From the NCBI RefSeq assembly GCF_009914755.1, contig NC_060926.1: a DNA stretch of 64,000 nucleotides. One strand, given 5' to 3'. This document shows positions 1-19,505 of this stretch, piece after piece. Every line of letters starts with the position of its first letter. Position 1 is the first letter of the stretch. This stretch comes from the human T2T-CHM13v2.0 reference genome, Homo sapiens. Below the pieces are notes generated by a model. The model did not search any database and was not told the DNA's origin. It saw nothing but the letters and a program-made list of their open reading frames with translations. The position numbers and the translations under genes were made by a program.

Positions 1-4078
<4,078 letters not shown>

Positions 4079-4472
4079 GAGAGAAAAGAAAGCCTAGGTA
4101 GAGGGAAGGCCATAAACAAAGCTGGGAGGTATAGAAGGACAGAATAACACTTGTGTCTTTAATCCTAATCTCTTTAGTTGTAATTGGGGGCATAAGCTCC
4201 ATGCTAACAGTTATTTCAGGTGACTGATTTCTTGTACTACCTTGATATTACAAGCAGGCATAAGATGTGATCACTTTTGGGTTTTTTTGTTGAATAGATG
4301 GAAACGTGAGTAAATGAAAATTACTGGAATATCTAGATGGGGAACACAAACCATGTAGAAATGAGATCTCCTTTGGTGACCAGATGTGCAGATGGCCTCC
4401 ATCAGCTACTATATGCTAATTGCCTAGGAGACACATGTTAAGAGTGGCTGGTTAAAAGAGAAGCTTGCATAG

Positions 4473-4837
4473 TGTATTAGTCTGTTCTCACACTGCTAAT
4501 AAGGACACACCTGAGACTGGTAATTTATAAAGGAAAGAGGTTTAATGGACTCACAGTTACACATGGCTGGGGAGGCCTCACAATCATGGTGGAAGGCAAT
4601 GGAGAAGCAAAGGCACATCTTACATGGCAGCAGGGAAGAGAGCATGTGCAGAGGAGCTCTCCTTTATAAAACCATCAGAACTCATGGGACTTATTCACTA
4701 TCATGAGAACAGCATAGGAAAGACCCACCCCCATCATTCAATTACCTGCCACTGGATCCCTTCCACAAAATGTGGGAATTATGGGAGCTACAATTCAAGA
4801 TGAGATTTGGGTGGGGACACAAGGCCTAACCATATCA
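4473..4837 (-). mobile_element. THE1 (ERVL-MaLR) solo LTR
   Basis: TGTATTAGTCTGTT...CCATATCA termini, ~365 bp; 5-bp TSD CATAG at 4468-4472 and 4838-4842. Confidence 0.94.
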
Positions 4838-6260
4838 CATAGACACAGATAACCAGAGGGGATATATTGCTGTGTTGGTGTATTTGGAGTACTATTCTAG
4901 CAACTTGTCACCCTTTCAGGGGTCTGTATCTCAGCCCAAGGTACATTGCAGCTAGGCAACTTTCTTGGTTATGGCTGACAGTAAGCATGACTTCTAAGCA
5001 TGACTTTAGGTTGGGGCATTAGGTCAAAATTCAGAGTGACCCTGTGGAAGGGCACTGGGGAAATGAGAGGACAAAGATTGATAGTAGAAAGGACAGTAAT
5101 AACACACTACCTAGACCAAACACAAGTTGATAGTGAAGAGGAGAGTGTCTCTTTCTGTGGTAGCTGGAGGCCGACATTGCTCCTGGGGTATCTGGGGTAT
5201 TCCTGTTAAACAGACACAGGCCTGCAGTTCTATGGCTTTTTAATTTTTTCTTTTCTTTTCGAGTGAAGTGGGTAGGAGGAAAAGGGGGTTGGAAGAAGGG
5301 AAGTGACCAAAAGGAATCTGCAGACTTGAAGTAGTCAAGAGATTTGAGAATAATTTGCTTTGGACTACAGGGAAAAGCAGAAGGAAACCGAGACATGTCA
5401 ACAGATTTCTTAATTGGCAAGGCACAAACCCAGAAAGCTTTAGAAGCTGGAGATTTTGTGGTGAGAATTGGGATACAGAGTGATTTCCAAGGAGACTCAC
5501 ATCTTATGCTGACTATTCTGTGTGTCTGTGGCTTTAGTTTAGGTACAGTTTGTACCCCGTTGATCTCTGTCTGTAGTAAAAGTCATTTGGTGGCACTTGC
5601 GGTGACTGTTGGGGCTTGACTGGGAGCCATGAAGAGCAGTACCCAGGGCTGAGCACTCAGGCAGCATACTCCCAAGTTTTCAGGCAGCACAAGTGACCTC
5701 ACCGCGGACAGCAGGAGGCTTGTGATTCATCTACAACCTGTTCCAAGGGTCCTCTTGCAGTATCCCTGCACTGACCAGCAATCCATTACACTCACTCACA
5801 TGACTTTGCATCTCTTTTCCATGCAGGAGGGGAGCAGGATGACTTCTTAAGGGCACACATTTCTTGCTGTTAATACAGAACCCAGGGATACTCAGGATGA
5901 CTAATGTGGAGTGTTTGAGCATTAACTTTCCATCTGAGTCTATACAAGAGTCACCAAATTGGGTGAGACCATAGTTATGCCATCTCTGCTATTCTGAGTT
6001 CAACACCCATAGACTTAAACTCTAAGAAACTGTATTTCGACCTATACTTCTTGTGAGTAATGAGTTCTTCTTGGTGTTTACTTAACACCATTGGCACACG
6101 CATATCCTGTTATGCTAGTAAGATGTTATAAAATAATCTGAAGTGTTTATGCAAGTTATAACAAAATTTTCTTTCCATTACTTCTAATTCTTGTGTTTTG
6201 ATACCATCTTCTTTATAAAATTTGATAACATTACAATTTTCTATTTTCCCATTTTACCAC

Positions 6261-7046
<786 letters not shown>

Positions 7047-7439
7047 GACCATTACTTAATCATATTGTGATTACTGGTTAATAATTGTTCACTACAAGTG
7101 ATTTTCTACAATAATTATCACTTAGTGTTGAGGAACAAGTTTCGGTGAATTCTAACTCATCTTCCTGTGGAGCTTCTGAAACTTGATAAAAAGCAGTAAA
7201 AGAGATGTAAATAATGCTTGTACACAATTTTTCTACTTCTCCAACATAATTCTGGACCATAGCACATAACAAATATTTATTGAAAAATGATAAGAAAAAT
7301 CAGTACATGGTTAATTGAAATTTTGACACTTTTCTTTCAAGTAAATAATTAATATTACTTCCACTTCAGAACAAATAGTTCTAGATGGATTTATTTTTGT
7401 TCCTAATGGCAATTAGAAAGAACAGTCCAACCGAAAACA

Positions 7440-7610
7440 TATTATTAGTAAATGCTAAAGAATATTAGACCTTAGTTCCTATGTGCTAGGCGCTATGCTG
7501 ATGATTCAGATTATTTCATTTAATCTTCATCACAAACCCTATGAGCTTGATACAGTAATATTCCCTTGTTGTAGGTGAAAAGAGTGAAACTTGAAGAAGC
7601 TTTATAATTG
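7440..7610 (-). mobile_element. MIR SINE fragment
   Basis: ctatgtgctaggc...atttcatttaatcttcatcacaaaccctatgag...gtaggtgaaaagagtgaaac resembles the MIR core. Confidence 0.6.
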
Positions 7611-8396
7611 TCTTATTGGAGCTATTAACCTAGGGCTATATTGGGTCCTCATGGAGTTGACCAGTTTATGACTATGCCTACCTTTCTCTGTATTGTTAGC
7701 TTCAGTGGCTATTTCTGGCATCAGCCTGGTGGCCCTGTTGATGCACGGAGTGGGATCATCCTATACCACCCACCTCAACCTTTCCCTATTCTTGGGCTCA
7801 GGAATAAGAAAGGGCCTCATCTCCTTAGCATGCGCAGTGGGTCCTAGCAGCTCTCCTGAAAAGCTAGAATTGACAGCCACACCAAAAGGATTCTGCTTTA
7901 TTTATCTCTTAGATTTTCCTCCTACAAAGCCCCTACACCTGGGGTTTTAAAAGTTCCACGAGTGAGTGAATGAGTGGAATCTGCAAGGGGAGTGGGAGCA
8001 GGGGCAGGCAGCCAGAGTTTTCTTTGCTGGCAGCTGCAGCCAGCTTTAAAAACGTTCCTTCTCCGCAGATGGGAGGCTTCTTGACTCATACCCTGATTAG
8101 CAGAGTAAGAGATGGGGTGGAGAGGACTGAGGCTGGAGCCAGCAGGATTTGATGGGCCAGGCAGGTAGGGAAGGGGCATTGTGTTTACCAGGGAGTCTTG
8201 GGAGCTGAGGATACTGGGAGAGAGCAAGAGTGTGTGGGCTTCCTGGATGCCCATCCTGACTCCACCACTGAGGAGCTGTGTTTGCTTGACCTTTTCTTCA
8301 ACAACATCATTATCATCATCATTATTATTATTGAGGAATTTTTTTTTTTTGGCCCCATTTTCCTTATCAGTACAATGTTTATAAAAGGTCATGCCT

Positions 8397-8705
<309 letters not shown>

Positions 8706-8932
8706 TTACAATATTGTTGTGAGTATAAGTGCATTATTAAATGTATAGATATTAATAAATGTAAGTATATATAAGTTAATATCAAACACATAGAACAATG
8801 CCCAGTTATGTGCTCAGTAAATGTGAGCTATTGTTAGAAATACTTTTATTAAGACCTTTCTGGAAGAAAATGGAATTGAAGAAAATGTCTTCTGTGCCAG
8901 AGAAGTGAAATATATACAGTGAAAGGGGGGTA

Positions 8933-9110
8933 TAGGATTGACAGATTTAGCAAAACAACAACAACAAAAATCCAAAAAACACAACAGGGCTCTGAGTTAA
9001 TTTGAATTTCAGATAAACAACAAATTAAAGTATAAGTATGTCCCATGCATTATTTGTTATTTATCTGCAATACAAATTTAACTGGTACTGTGTTTTGTCT
9101 GGCGATTCTA
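8933..9110. mobile_element. MER53 (hAT-type palindromic MITE)
   Basis: taggattgacagatttagcaaaa...tttgaatttcagataaacaac...agtataagtatgtcccatgca...aaatttaactgg...tctggcgattcta; flanks GGGGGGTA / GGGGAGTA resemble an 8-bp TSD. Confidence 0.82.
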
Positions 9111-10236
9111 TGGGGAGTAGGAGGAGAAGAGAGAAAGGAAAATGAAATCTCTACTTATACCTAGAGGGAAAATGTTGATGCATTCACAGCGGTATTCCAG
9201 CCAGCCTCCTTTCTCGTGTTATGTTTCATGTTATGTTTTGAGGGCACTAAGGCCAGATAAGGAAATCTCTCTCCACAGCCTCTATATGTCTCCAGCAGCT
9301 GAGACTAGGCAGCCATTTCCCTGCGTTAATCCACCCCATGAAACTGGAGCCTGTGTTGGCTGGTTATGAAGCTACACTGTCTTCCATCCCCTACTCTTCC
9401 CCAGCACACAAACACAGAGGCTTTGGTGTAGAGGTGGAGAGGTTAACCGGGGGAAGGGGTAGAAAAGGGATTAGAGTTTTATCAAAATAGCATCTGCAAA
9501 GATCCTTCCAGAATAGGCATCACTGGAAGCATGTCTGTGGCCAGGGGCCAGGGCTGGGGCGGGGATGGAAAACACCAGCTGTTAAGGAGGAGTCCCTTGA
9601 GGGTGGAGGCCAGGTGTAGTCCTTGTAGAGGGAGGGGTAGGCTCTCCTCCCTCCCTTCTCATGGCCTTGCGCCCCACCCAGTTTCTTTCTCTTTCTTTTT
9701 TTCTGTCAAACTGTCTCTTTCTAAGCATCAGGTAGTCAGCTCCTGTTGTCTGAATATTAACCTGGTAGGACTCTTGCATTCTGCTTGAGGATCTGCGTCT
9801 GAGAGATTCTGAGGGCCTCCTGGGGTAGGTAAGCTTGCAGGTCTGGGGACAGAACCCTGCTGCTTTGTGGAGCTCATCCCTTGGAAACCATCTTATCCTG
9901 TTTCCTGTCTATACCTCAGGCTTGCTCTAAACTAATTCAGATAGGACAGTAGAAAGAGAACATTTTATTTCTCAAGATCACAATTTCTCCTGGCTCTCAA
10001 TGCTAACAGCAAAGTTATATCTAAAGTTTACCTACATCTGGCTTCACTGAGCGTCTCCTCCTCATCCCTGTTGTTGGTCCCTGTTCTCTGAGGTATTTTC
10101 TATTTCCTTTCTGCATCTTATGTCTACTTATTAGTAAAGAACAAAGAAGTCTGAGTGGTTCATTGAAGAATGCTCTATCCTGAGGTGTTGAACTTTCTAA
10201 GCATGGCATCAAGGGAAGGAATCCACGAAGAAATCA

Positions 10237-12966
10237 CAGGCTTTCCTAATTTTATTGTGCTTTGCTTTAGTGTGCTTTGCAGAAATTGTGTTATTTACAA
10301 ATTGAAAGTTTGTGAAAAACTTGCCTGCAGCAAGTCACTTGGTGCCATTTTTCTCAAAAGCATGTGCTCACTTCATGTCTCTGTTAGATTTTGGTAATCC
10401 TTATAATATTTCAAACTTTCTCATTATTATTAGATCTGTTATGGTAATCTGTGATCTTTGATGTTACTATCATAATTGTTTTGGGGTGTCATGAACTACA
10501 TGCATATAAGATGGCAGACAATCAACAAATATTGTATGCGTTCTGACTCTTCCACCCGTAGGCTGTTCCCTATATCTTTCCTCCTTGGGCCTCCCTATTC
10601 CATGAGACACAATATTGAAATTAGACCAGTTAATAACCCTACAATGGCCTCTACATACGCAAGTGAAAGGAAGAGTTGCACATCTCTAAATCCAAAGCTA
10701 GAAATGCTAAGAAAGAAAGGTGTATTGAAAGCTGAGATAGGCCAAAGCTAGGCCGCTTGTGCCAAACAGCTAAGCTGTCGATACAAAAGAAAAGTCCTTA
10801 AAGGAAATGAAAAGTGCTACTGCAGTGAACAGATGAATGAGAAGAAGGAGAAATGGACTTCTTGTTGATATGGAGAAAGTTTTAGCCATCTTAGAGAAGA
10901 GCAAAGCAGCGACAACATTCCCTTAAGTCAAAACCTAATCCAGAGCAAGGTTCTCTCTTCAATTCTGTGAAGGCTTAGAGATGCGAGGAAGCTGCAAAAG
11001 AAAAGTTTGAAGCTCGCAGAGATTGGTTTATGAGGTTGGTTTCATGAGGAAAAGAAGCTCTCTCCATAACATGAAAGTTCAACGTGAAGCAGCAAGTGCT
11101 GATGGAGAATCTGCAGCAAGTTATCCAAAAGAACTAGCTAAGATCATTGATGAAGGTTGCTACACTAGACAACAGATTTTCAGTGTAGATAAAACAGCCT
11201 TCTATTGAAAGAAGATGCTATCTAGAGATTTCATATCTGGTGAGGAGAAGTCAATGCCTGACTTCGAAGCTTCAAAGGCTAATTCTTTTGTTAGAAGCTA
11301 ATGCAGCTGGTGACTTGAAGTTGAATCCAATGCTTATTGACCATTCAGAAAATTCCAGGGCCCTTAAGAATTATGCTAAATCTACTCTGCCTGTGTTCTA
11401 TAAACGGAAAACCAAAACCTGGATGACAGCATACCTGTTTACAGCATGGTTTAATGAATATTTTAAGCCCACTGTTGGGACCTACTGCTCAAAAAAAATT
11501 TCTTTTGAAATATTACTGTTTATTAATAATGCACCTGGTCACCAAGAACTCTGATGGAGATGTATGAAGAAGTTAATGTTGTTTTCATGCCTGCTAACAC
11601 AACATCCATCTGCAGCCAGTGGATCAAGGAGTCTGATATGGTTTGGCTGTGTTCTCACCCAAATCTCATCTTGAATTTTAACTCCCACGATTTCCACATG
11701 TCTTGGGAGGAACCTGGTGGGAGGTGATTGAATTATAGGGGTGGGTCTTTCCTGCACTGTTCTCATGATAGTGAATGAGTCTCACAAGATCTGATGGTTT
11801 TAAAAAGGGGAGTTTCCCTGCACAAACTCTTCTCTTGTCTGTCGCCATGTGAGACATGCATTTCACCTTCTGCCATGATTGTGAGGCCTCCCCAGCCACA
11901 TGGAACTGTAAGTCCAACAAACCTCTTTCTTTTGTAAATTGCCCAGTCTTGGGTATATCTTTATCAGCAGCATGAAAACAGACTAATACAGAATCATTTC
12001 GACTTTCACGTCATGATTTAACATATACATCTTGTAAGGCTATATATTTCATAGGTAGTGATTCCTCTGATGGTTATAGGCAAACTAAATTGAAAACCTT
12101 CTGGAAAAAATTTCACCATTCTAGATGCCATTAAAAACATCTGTGATTTATGGAAGGAGATCAAAATAGTAACACTAGCAGGAGTTTGGAAGATGTTGAT
12201 TCCAACCCTCATGGATGACTTTGAGGGGTTCAAGACTTCAGTGAAGAAAGTAACTGCAGATATGGTAGTAGCAAGAGAACTAGAATTAGAAGTGGAGCCT
12301 GAAGATGTGACTGAATTGCTGCAATCTCACAATCAAGCTTTAATGGATGAGAAGTTGCTTCTTGTGGATGAGCAGAAAAAGTGGTTTCTTAAGGTGGAAT
12401 CTACTCCTGGTGAAGATGCTGTCAATGTTGTTGAAATAACAATAAAGGATTTGGAACATTCAATGAACATAGTTGATAAAGCAGCAGCAGGATTTGAAAG
12501 GATTGATTTCAATTTTGAAAGAAGTTCTACTGTGGATAAAATGATATCAAACACCATCACATGCTCCAAAATCTTTCTCGAAAGAGTCATTCCACATGGC
12601 AAACTTCATTGTTGTATCATTTTAAGAAATTGCCACAGCTACCCCAATCCTTAGCAACTACCAGCCTGACCAGTCAGTAGCCATCAGCACCAATTCACGA
12701 CTCTCCAGCAGCAAAACTATTACAACTTGTTGAAGGCTTAAATGACCCTTAACTTTTTATTAATGATAATGTATATTTTAATTAAGGTATGTACATTGTG
12801 TTTTTAGACATAATGCTATTCCACACTTAGTAGACTACCGTATAATGTAAACACAACTTTGATTTGCACTGAGAAGGCAAAGTATTTGTGTGACTTTCTT
12901 TATTACGGTATTAACTTTATTGTGGTGGTCTGGAACCAAATGTGCACTATCTCTGAGGTGTGCTTG
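10237..12966 (+). mobile_element. Near-full-length Tigger1 (pogo-like DNA transposon), transposase disrupted, interrupted by THE1
   Basis: Ends CAGGC.../...GAGGTGTGCTTG+TA. Transposase remnants in ORFs 11023-11208, 11240-11554 ([18 protein letters not shown]...) and 12193-12654. About 2.37 kb once the LTR is removed. Confidence 0.93.
11634..11990 (+). mobile_element. THE1 solo LTR nested in Tigger1
   Basis: TGATATGGTTTGGCTGTG...GACTAATACA; TSD GAGTC (11629-11633) / GAATC (11991-11995). Confidence 0.94.
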
Positions 12967-13009
12967 TATTGATAGATGTGTTTCCATAAACACTGAAGAC
13001 TTTCATGTG

Positions 13010-13840
<831 letters not shown>

Positions 13841-14044
13841 CAGGACAGTGCTTTTTAAGCATTTCTAAGCCTTTCTCAGTGGAGTTCCCTGGATGGAATT
13901 TTGGGTTCTAGGTCTCTCATTCCTCATTGGGTGGTTTTTTGTTTTACATACTTGGCTTCCTTGTAAGATTTAACTCAAGCCAAGGATTCATAGTTAAAAA
14001 AAATCATTTAAAAGCCACACCTGGAGAACATTTAGTGAATGACC

Positions 14045-14730
14045 AGGTATCTTCTGTTTAACCTTCCAGACCTGCTCTCTGCATTTCTCCACTCTGCTCT
14101 CTGCCCTGGGCAGCTGACCTTTATGGGTCACATCAGTGGATCCTTGTGCCCTTCTTGCAGCTGGGTTCAATCAGTGGGAATCTCCAGCTACAATCAGAGA
14201 CAGAGAGAGGAAGGAGAGAGAGAGAGAAGAGGGTTGATTCTTCTGGGTCCCTCCTCTGTGAGATCATCAGGAGCTGATGTCCTTTGAACAAAAAGTCCTT
14301 TCAAGAAGCCATTTCTACGTGATTCTTCCCGGGTTTCCATGCCACTTTTTCCTCTTGCTCTTTTAGGCTTGGAGGTAACAGCAGCTCCAGTTACGATGCT
14401 TTTTCTTTTCGTTTTTTTGAGATGAAGTTTCACTCTTTTGCTGAGGCTGGAGTGAAGTGGCACTATCTCGGCTCAGTGCGACCTCCCTCCCCTGGGTTCA
14501 AGCAATTCTCCTGCTTCAGCCTCCCGAGTAGCTAGGATTATAGGCACCTGCCACCATGCCCCACTAATTTTTGTATTTTTAGTAGAGATGGGGTTTCACT
14601 GTGTTGGCCAGGCTGATCTCGAACCGCTGACCTCAGGTGATCCACCCACTTGGCCTCCCAAAGTTTTGGGATTACAGGCATGGGCCACTGCGCCCAGCTG
14701 ATACTTTTTCTTGTGTTCCTCTACACTCAG
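14045..14730. mobile_element. LTR33-like ERVL LTR fragment interrupted by an Alu
   Basis: ctctgccctgggcagctgacctttatgggtcacatcagtggatccttgtgccc...ggagagagagagaagagg recalls LTR33; boundaries approximate. Confidence 0.55.
14408..14699 (-). mobile_element. AluS (Sq/Sx-like)
   Basis: Reverse Alu; TSD GAT(G/A)CTTTTTCTT at 14395-14407 and 14700-14712. Confidence 0.94.
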
Positions 14731-14741
14731 GGTTGCCGTAG

Positions 14742-15219
<478 letters not shown>

Positions 15220-15494
15220 AAAAGTAAAACTCTTTCTAAAAAGCTAAAATAATATATGTGTATATACTCATTAAATCAAAATTATAAAAAGCTTCTTTAA
15301 ATTTATTATTTATTAAAATTACATGAACAAAGTAATAATTATTCTTGATGCATAGTCATGTATTTTAGTTTCTCTAATGCTTTGTCACTGCAGTTTTTTC
15401 TGAAAATTTTTTTTACAATGTTCTCTGAAATATTCCTCTATCTCAATCTCAGGAAGACTAAATACTGCAGATTGAGGAGTGAGTAGAGGCAAGA

Positions 15495-15600
15495 TTATAT
15501 ATATGTGTGTGTATACATACATACACACGTATGTTATATATGTGTGCATGTGTGTGTACACATACATGTACATATATGTACACATATATCTACATATATT
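15495..15600. repeat. Compound (TA)/(TG)/(CATA) microsatellite
   Basis: tatatatatgtgtgtgtatacatacatacacacg... Confidence 0.85.
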
Positions 15601-17685
15601 TGCAGTTGTAAATGTAGGCTAAGTCTTTTTAAAAGTAAAGAGAGCCAATAGAAATCATTTTTGGAATGCAAAATTGTTTTGGGTATTCACCAATGTAAGG
15701 AAAGATATTTTCAGGATTCTTAGAAGTGGAGCTTTGAGAGATTGAAGGGGCCAGGTGTAGGCAGCATGGAGTGCAGGAGAGAGCCCAATCGAATAGAGGG
15801 CCCAAGATGAAAGAAATGACATTCCCAGGTTTAGAAAAAGAGGGCTCTGTCCCAGCTTAAAGAATCACCCAAAGATAGAAACAAGTCAGTAGCCCTTAGT
15901 GACTAGTACCTATGGAAAGTTTTAGCACCTAATAATCTGTGTGAATGTTAACTACAGTAGTGGAATTTGAGAGTATACTCCTCCTACCTGGGTATGGGCA
16001 GAGGAAGAGAGTGGGGAATGAAAAGTCAGTGAAAGAGTGGATGGAGGAGGCTATGGAACCAGGGTTCTGTCCAGCACAGACAGGAATTATCCCTCTTTCT
16101 CCCTGTGTGGCAGGGACATCACAGAGAGGACTTGAGGACCTCTTCCAGGCACAGGAGGTAGTGACAAAGCCCTCCTTTCATCAAAGCTCTGTGTTTCTAT
16201 GGCAGGATTGGGGAGGATGGGAAGGAGGACTCCATTAGGAACAAAGAACATAGTTGCAAACTGTAGCTCCCCATCTTCCATCCTGGAGATGCTTATTAGG
16301 GGCCAGAGAAAGGCAAGGGGGGTTGGAGAAGCAAGCCACCTAGCCAAAGAGAGGGCAATGGAAAGAATCTAGAAATAGAGTTGGAAGACCCAGTTCCAGC
16401 AGGAGGAGCATGAAGGAGACAGATGAGGTGGAGAGTGAAAACCCCTTGGGGGGTTGGCTGGACAGAGGCCAGCAGGGTGGTGGAAAATGGCTGTTGGTGC
16501 CAGGAGAAGAATGAACTTGAGTGAGAGGCCATGGGAGGGTGGGGGAAGAGGGCATGGGGCAGGCCCTGCAGGAATCAGAGACATAGTGAGAGCTGATGGT
16601 GATTCCAGCTGTCCAACATCCATTCTGCTGATTTGTGCTGGCAGGATGAAGGTCTGGATGGGAGTTGAGAGCAGTAGGCGGTGGAGGAAGCAGGTGCTGC
16701 AGGGGGCTGCTGAGGGTCAGGGTGTTGTCTCTTGGGACCAGCATGAGTCACAGCACTGGTTCTCCCACCATGTGCTCCCCAAAAGTGGGATTCTTTTTTT
16801 ATTCTTATAGTTTGCAGAGTGCTGATTCTAGACCAACTTGTGTTCTGAGAAAGGCTGAGACACCCTAAAAGAGCATGTCAGCTTGGGTCCTGCGGCAGGG
16901 CCTCCTTAAGGAGTGCTCCATCTTTGTCCTGGCCCTGGAAAGCTCTAGGCTGGGGCAGGAGAGGGTCAGCGGCTCTGCAGCCAGGGTATGGGGTGGGAGA
17001 CCTGGGGGCTCCCTTGATACCTGGAGGTCTTTCTGGTCTCCTGAACTTGCTCCTTCTTGCCCATTTTCCATGGTGGTTGCTTGGATGGGAAGGTGTCAGA
17101 GAAGGTTCTCTGTAGAACAAGGCAGATCTAGGGAAGCAGGCAGGGGAAACTGGGTCAAGCTATGAGCTGTGTTCTCAAAGCTCTTTCTTCCTCTTCTCCA
17201 GCATTTCTAGGAGATGAAAAAGAGGCAAGTAAGGAGGAGAGAGTGCCTTTAAAGTAAAGATGAAGAGGGACTTACTGCCTCTCATCTCCAATCCCTGTAA
17301 GCCAGTTGTAAGAGCTATAGTCCTTCATTAACTGAATATCTTTTTTAGGTTCCATTTCACACACCTATTCTAGAGACTGTAACCCACCCCATACTGTCAC
17401 ATCCCAGACTCTAACCACCCATTTTGTCTTATCTAAGTTTGTTGTTCACTTGACATTAGTCCATTTCTTCTCTTGTTCTCTACTCTTAGTAGAGGACAAG
17501 CTCTCTTTATGGAGAGAACTCAGTACAAAAATGGGCCTAGTGTTAGAGACAGGACACAAAGCCCCTGGGCTCCCCAGAGGCATAGGGCTGATGGGGCTCA
17601 GGGAATGACAAGTGACAGAAGGTCTTGAGAAGAAAGACGAATGTCAGGGCCAGAAAGACCAGTAAAGAGATGGAGTCTTTGAAGT

Positions 17686-17835
17686 TCTTCCCTTCCTCCT
17701 CCCTCCCTCCTTCCTTTCTCTCTCTCTCTCCTTCCTTCCGTCCTACCTTCCCCTTCCCTTCCCTTCCCTTCCCTTCCTTTCCTTTCCTTTCCCTTCCCTT
17801 CCCTTTTCTTTCATTTTCTTTTCTCTTCTCTTTCA
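17686..17835. repeat. Polypyrimidine (CCCTT)n/(CTTT)n simple repeat
   Basis: About 150 bp almost entirely C/T; source of the spurious K/E/G/R-rich ORF 17543-17836. Confidence 0.9.
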
Positions 17836-17839
17836 TAGA

Positions 17840-18055
17840 CTTATTAAGCTATAATTCATATAGCATATAATCTCCCATTTAAAGTGTACAATTCAGTGTT
17901 TTTTAAATCATATTCACAGAGTTGTGTATCATTACAAGTTTAGAACATTCTCACTGCCCCAGAAAGGAGCTCTACATGCCTTAGCCAACCCCACTGCAAC
18001 ACTCCCATCGCCCCCTTGCCACAGCCCTAGTTAACAACCAATATGCTTTCTCTGT
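17840..18055 (-). mobile_element. L1M (L1MB-like) 3' end fragment
   Basis: ataattcatatagcat...cccatttaaagtgtacaattcagtg...tattcacagagttgtg...tttagaacatt...cagccctag. Confidence 0.75.
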
Positions 18056-18859
18056 GAGATTTTTTAATCCAACAGCCAACTCAACCCAGGATGCTATGTA
18101 TGCATGGTATGCTATAGAGCCTAGAAACTGCTTTCCTGCATTCATTTTAGTTTTGTTCTTTTTATCAACTCATTCAAGTAAGCAGGGCAGATGGTTGGTT
18201 GTGTCTTGCATTTTTCAGGTTGGTAAACTGGGGCATCTCTAAATGACAACATTTCAGCTTCAGTAGAGGGATGGAGTGATGTGGCCTTTCACGTCTATGA
18301 AAGAAAAGTAAAGAAGAGTTTGTGAGTAACATTTCCTTCAGCACTCCTCAAAATTTAGAAAAATGAAGGCAAGAAACAAGATGAAGAAGAAAGAAGAAAA
18401 GGGTGAGACTGCATTTGGAGGGATTGAGGTGAAACACCTGTTAGAATACTCTAATTGAGATGTATGGGCTGCTGAAATGCACTGTCAGAGGTAGCTGCAA
18501 GATCTCCCTTTCTTGGAATTAAAAAGAAAACAAAGCACGGTAGAGAGCTCTCTGGCAGGATTTATTTTAAGGAGAAGTAGTATCGAGAGGCAAGCAAATG
18601 GATTAGGTGACTCTTCAGTCTCTCTTGGTACTAGGATACCACGTAGGCAGGTGGCAGAGGCATCCCATCCATGCTTAGGTGAAGTTATTCATAGCCCCTA
18701 TAAAGAGGAGGTCCTATTTATTTTTCATCCTTCTGTCTGTAAAGTGAGAAGCTGTCTGCTTCCTCAGCTGTGGAAAAAGCACTCTATGAGGCATTGTAGA
18801 AACTGTAGAGAAAAGGCCAGCATAATTCTTGCCCTTCAATTCAACTTTTATTTGCGTAT

Positions 18860-19505
18860 CAGTGCGTTCTGGTTATCTGCTGCTGTGTAATACACTACCA
18901 CAAAACTCAGTGGCTTAAAACAAATGATCATTGTAGCTCCCAGTTCTGTGTGTTGACTGGGCTCAATGAGGCAGTTCTTGCTTGGGCTCTCTTGCAGTCA
19001 GATATTGGCTGGGCTGCAGTTTTTTGAAGGCTCTAGCAAGTTAGTCATCTGCAATGGCACACTCACAAGGCCGACAGTTGCTGCTCAGTGGGGGCTGTAA
19101 AGTGGTCCATCCTCATAGAGCTTCCCCACATGGCTTGGGCTTTTCACAGCATGGTGACTATGTTGTCTGGAGGATCCAGGTTGGCTTCACTCACATGCCT
19201 AGTACCTTGATGGGAACAGTTAGAGGGCTCATCTGGCCTCCCTTTCCTCTCCATGCAGTCTTGGCACTTCCTCACATGGTCTCTCCAAAATAGTAGTCAC
19301 AGTGTCAGTTCACAGCTCCAAGAGACCAAGACAAAAGCTATCAGTCCTTTCAAAATTAGGCCTAAACTGGCACAGTGTCACTTCTGCTATACTCTGTGGG
19401 TCAAAGCAGTACTGCCCATCTCAGATTTAAAAGGAGAGAAAACAGATCCCACCTTTTAATGGAAATTGTGACAAAGAATTAGTGACCATCTTTAATCTGC
19501 TAGGC
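18860..19505 (-). mobile_element. MLT1 (F/G/H class) MaLR LTR
   Basis: gttatctgctgctgtgtaa...aaaactcagtggcttaaaacaa...aactggcacagtgtcacttctgc...ggtcaaagcag...ccatctttaatct. Confidence 0.75.

Noticed and set aside
17543-17870. Charged or Pro/Phe-rich ORFs on both strands
   Set aside because: Translations of the (CCCTT)n simple repeat.
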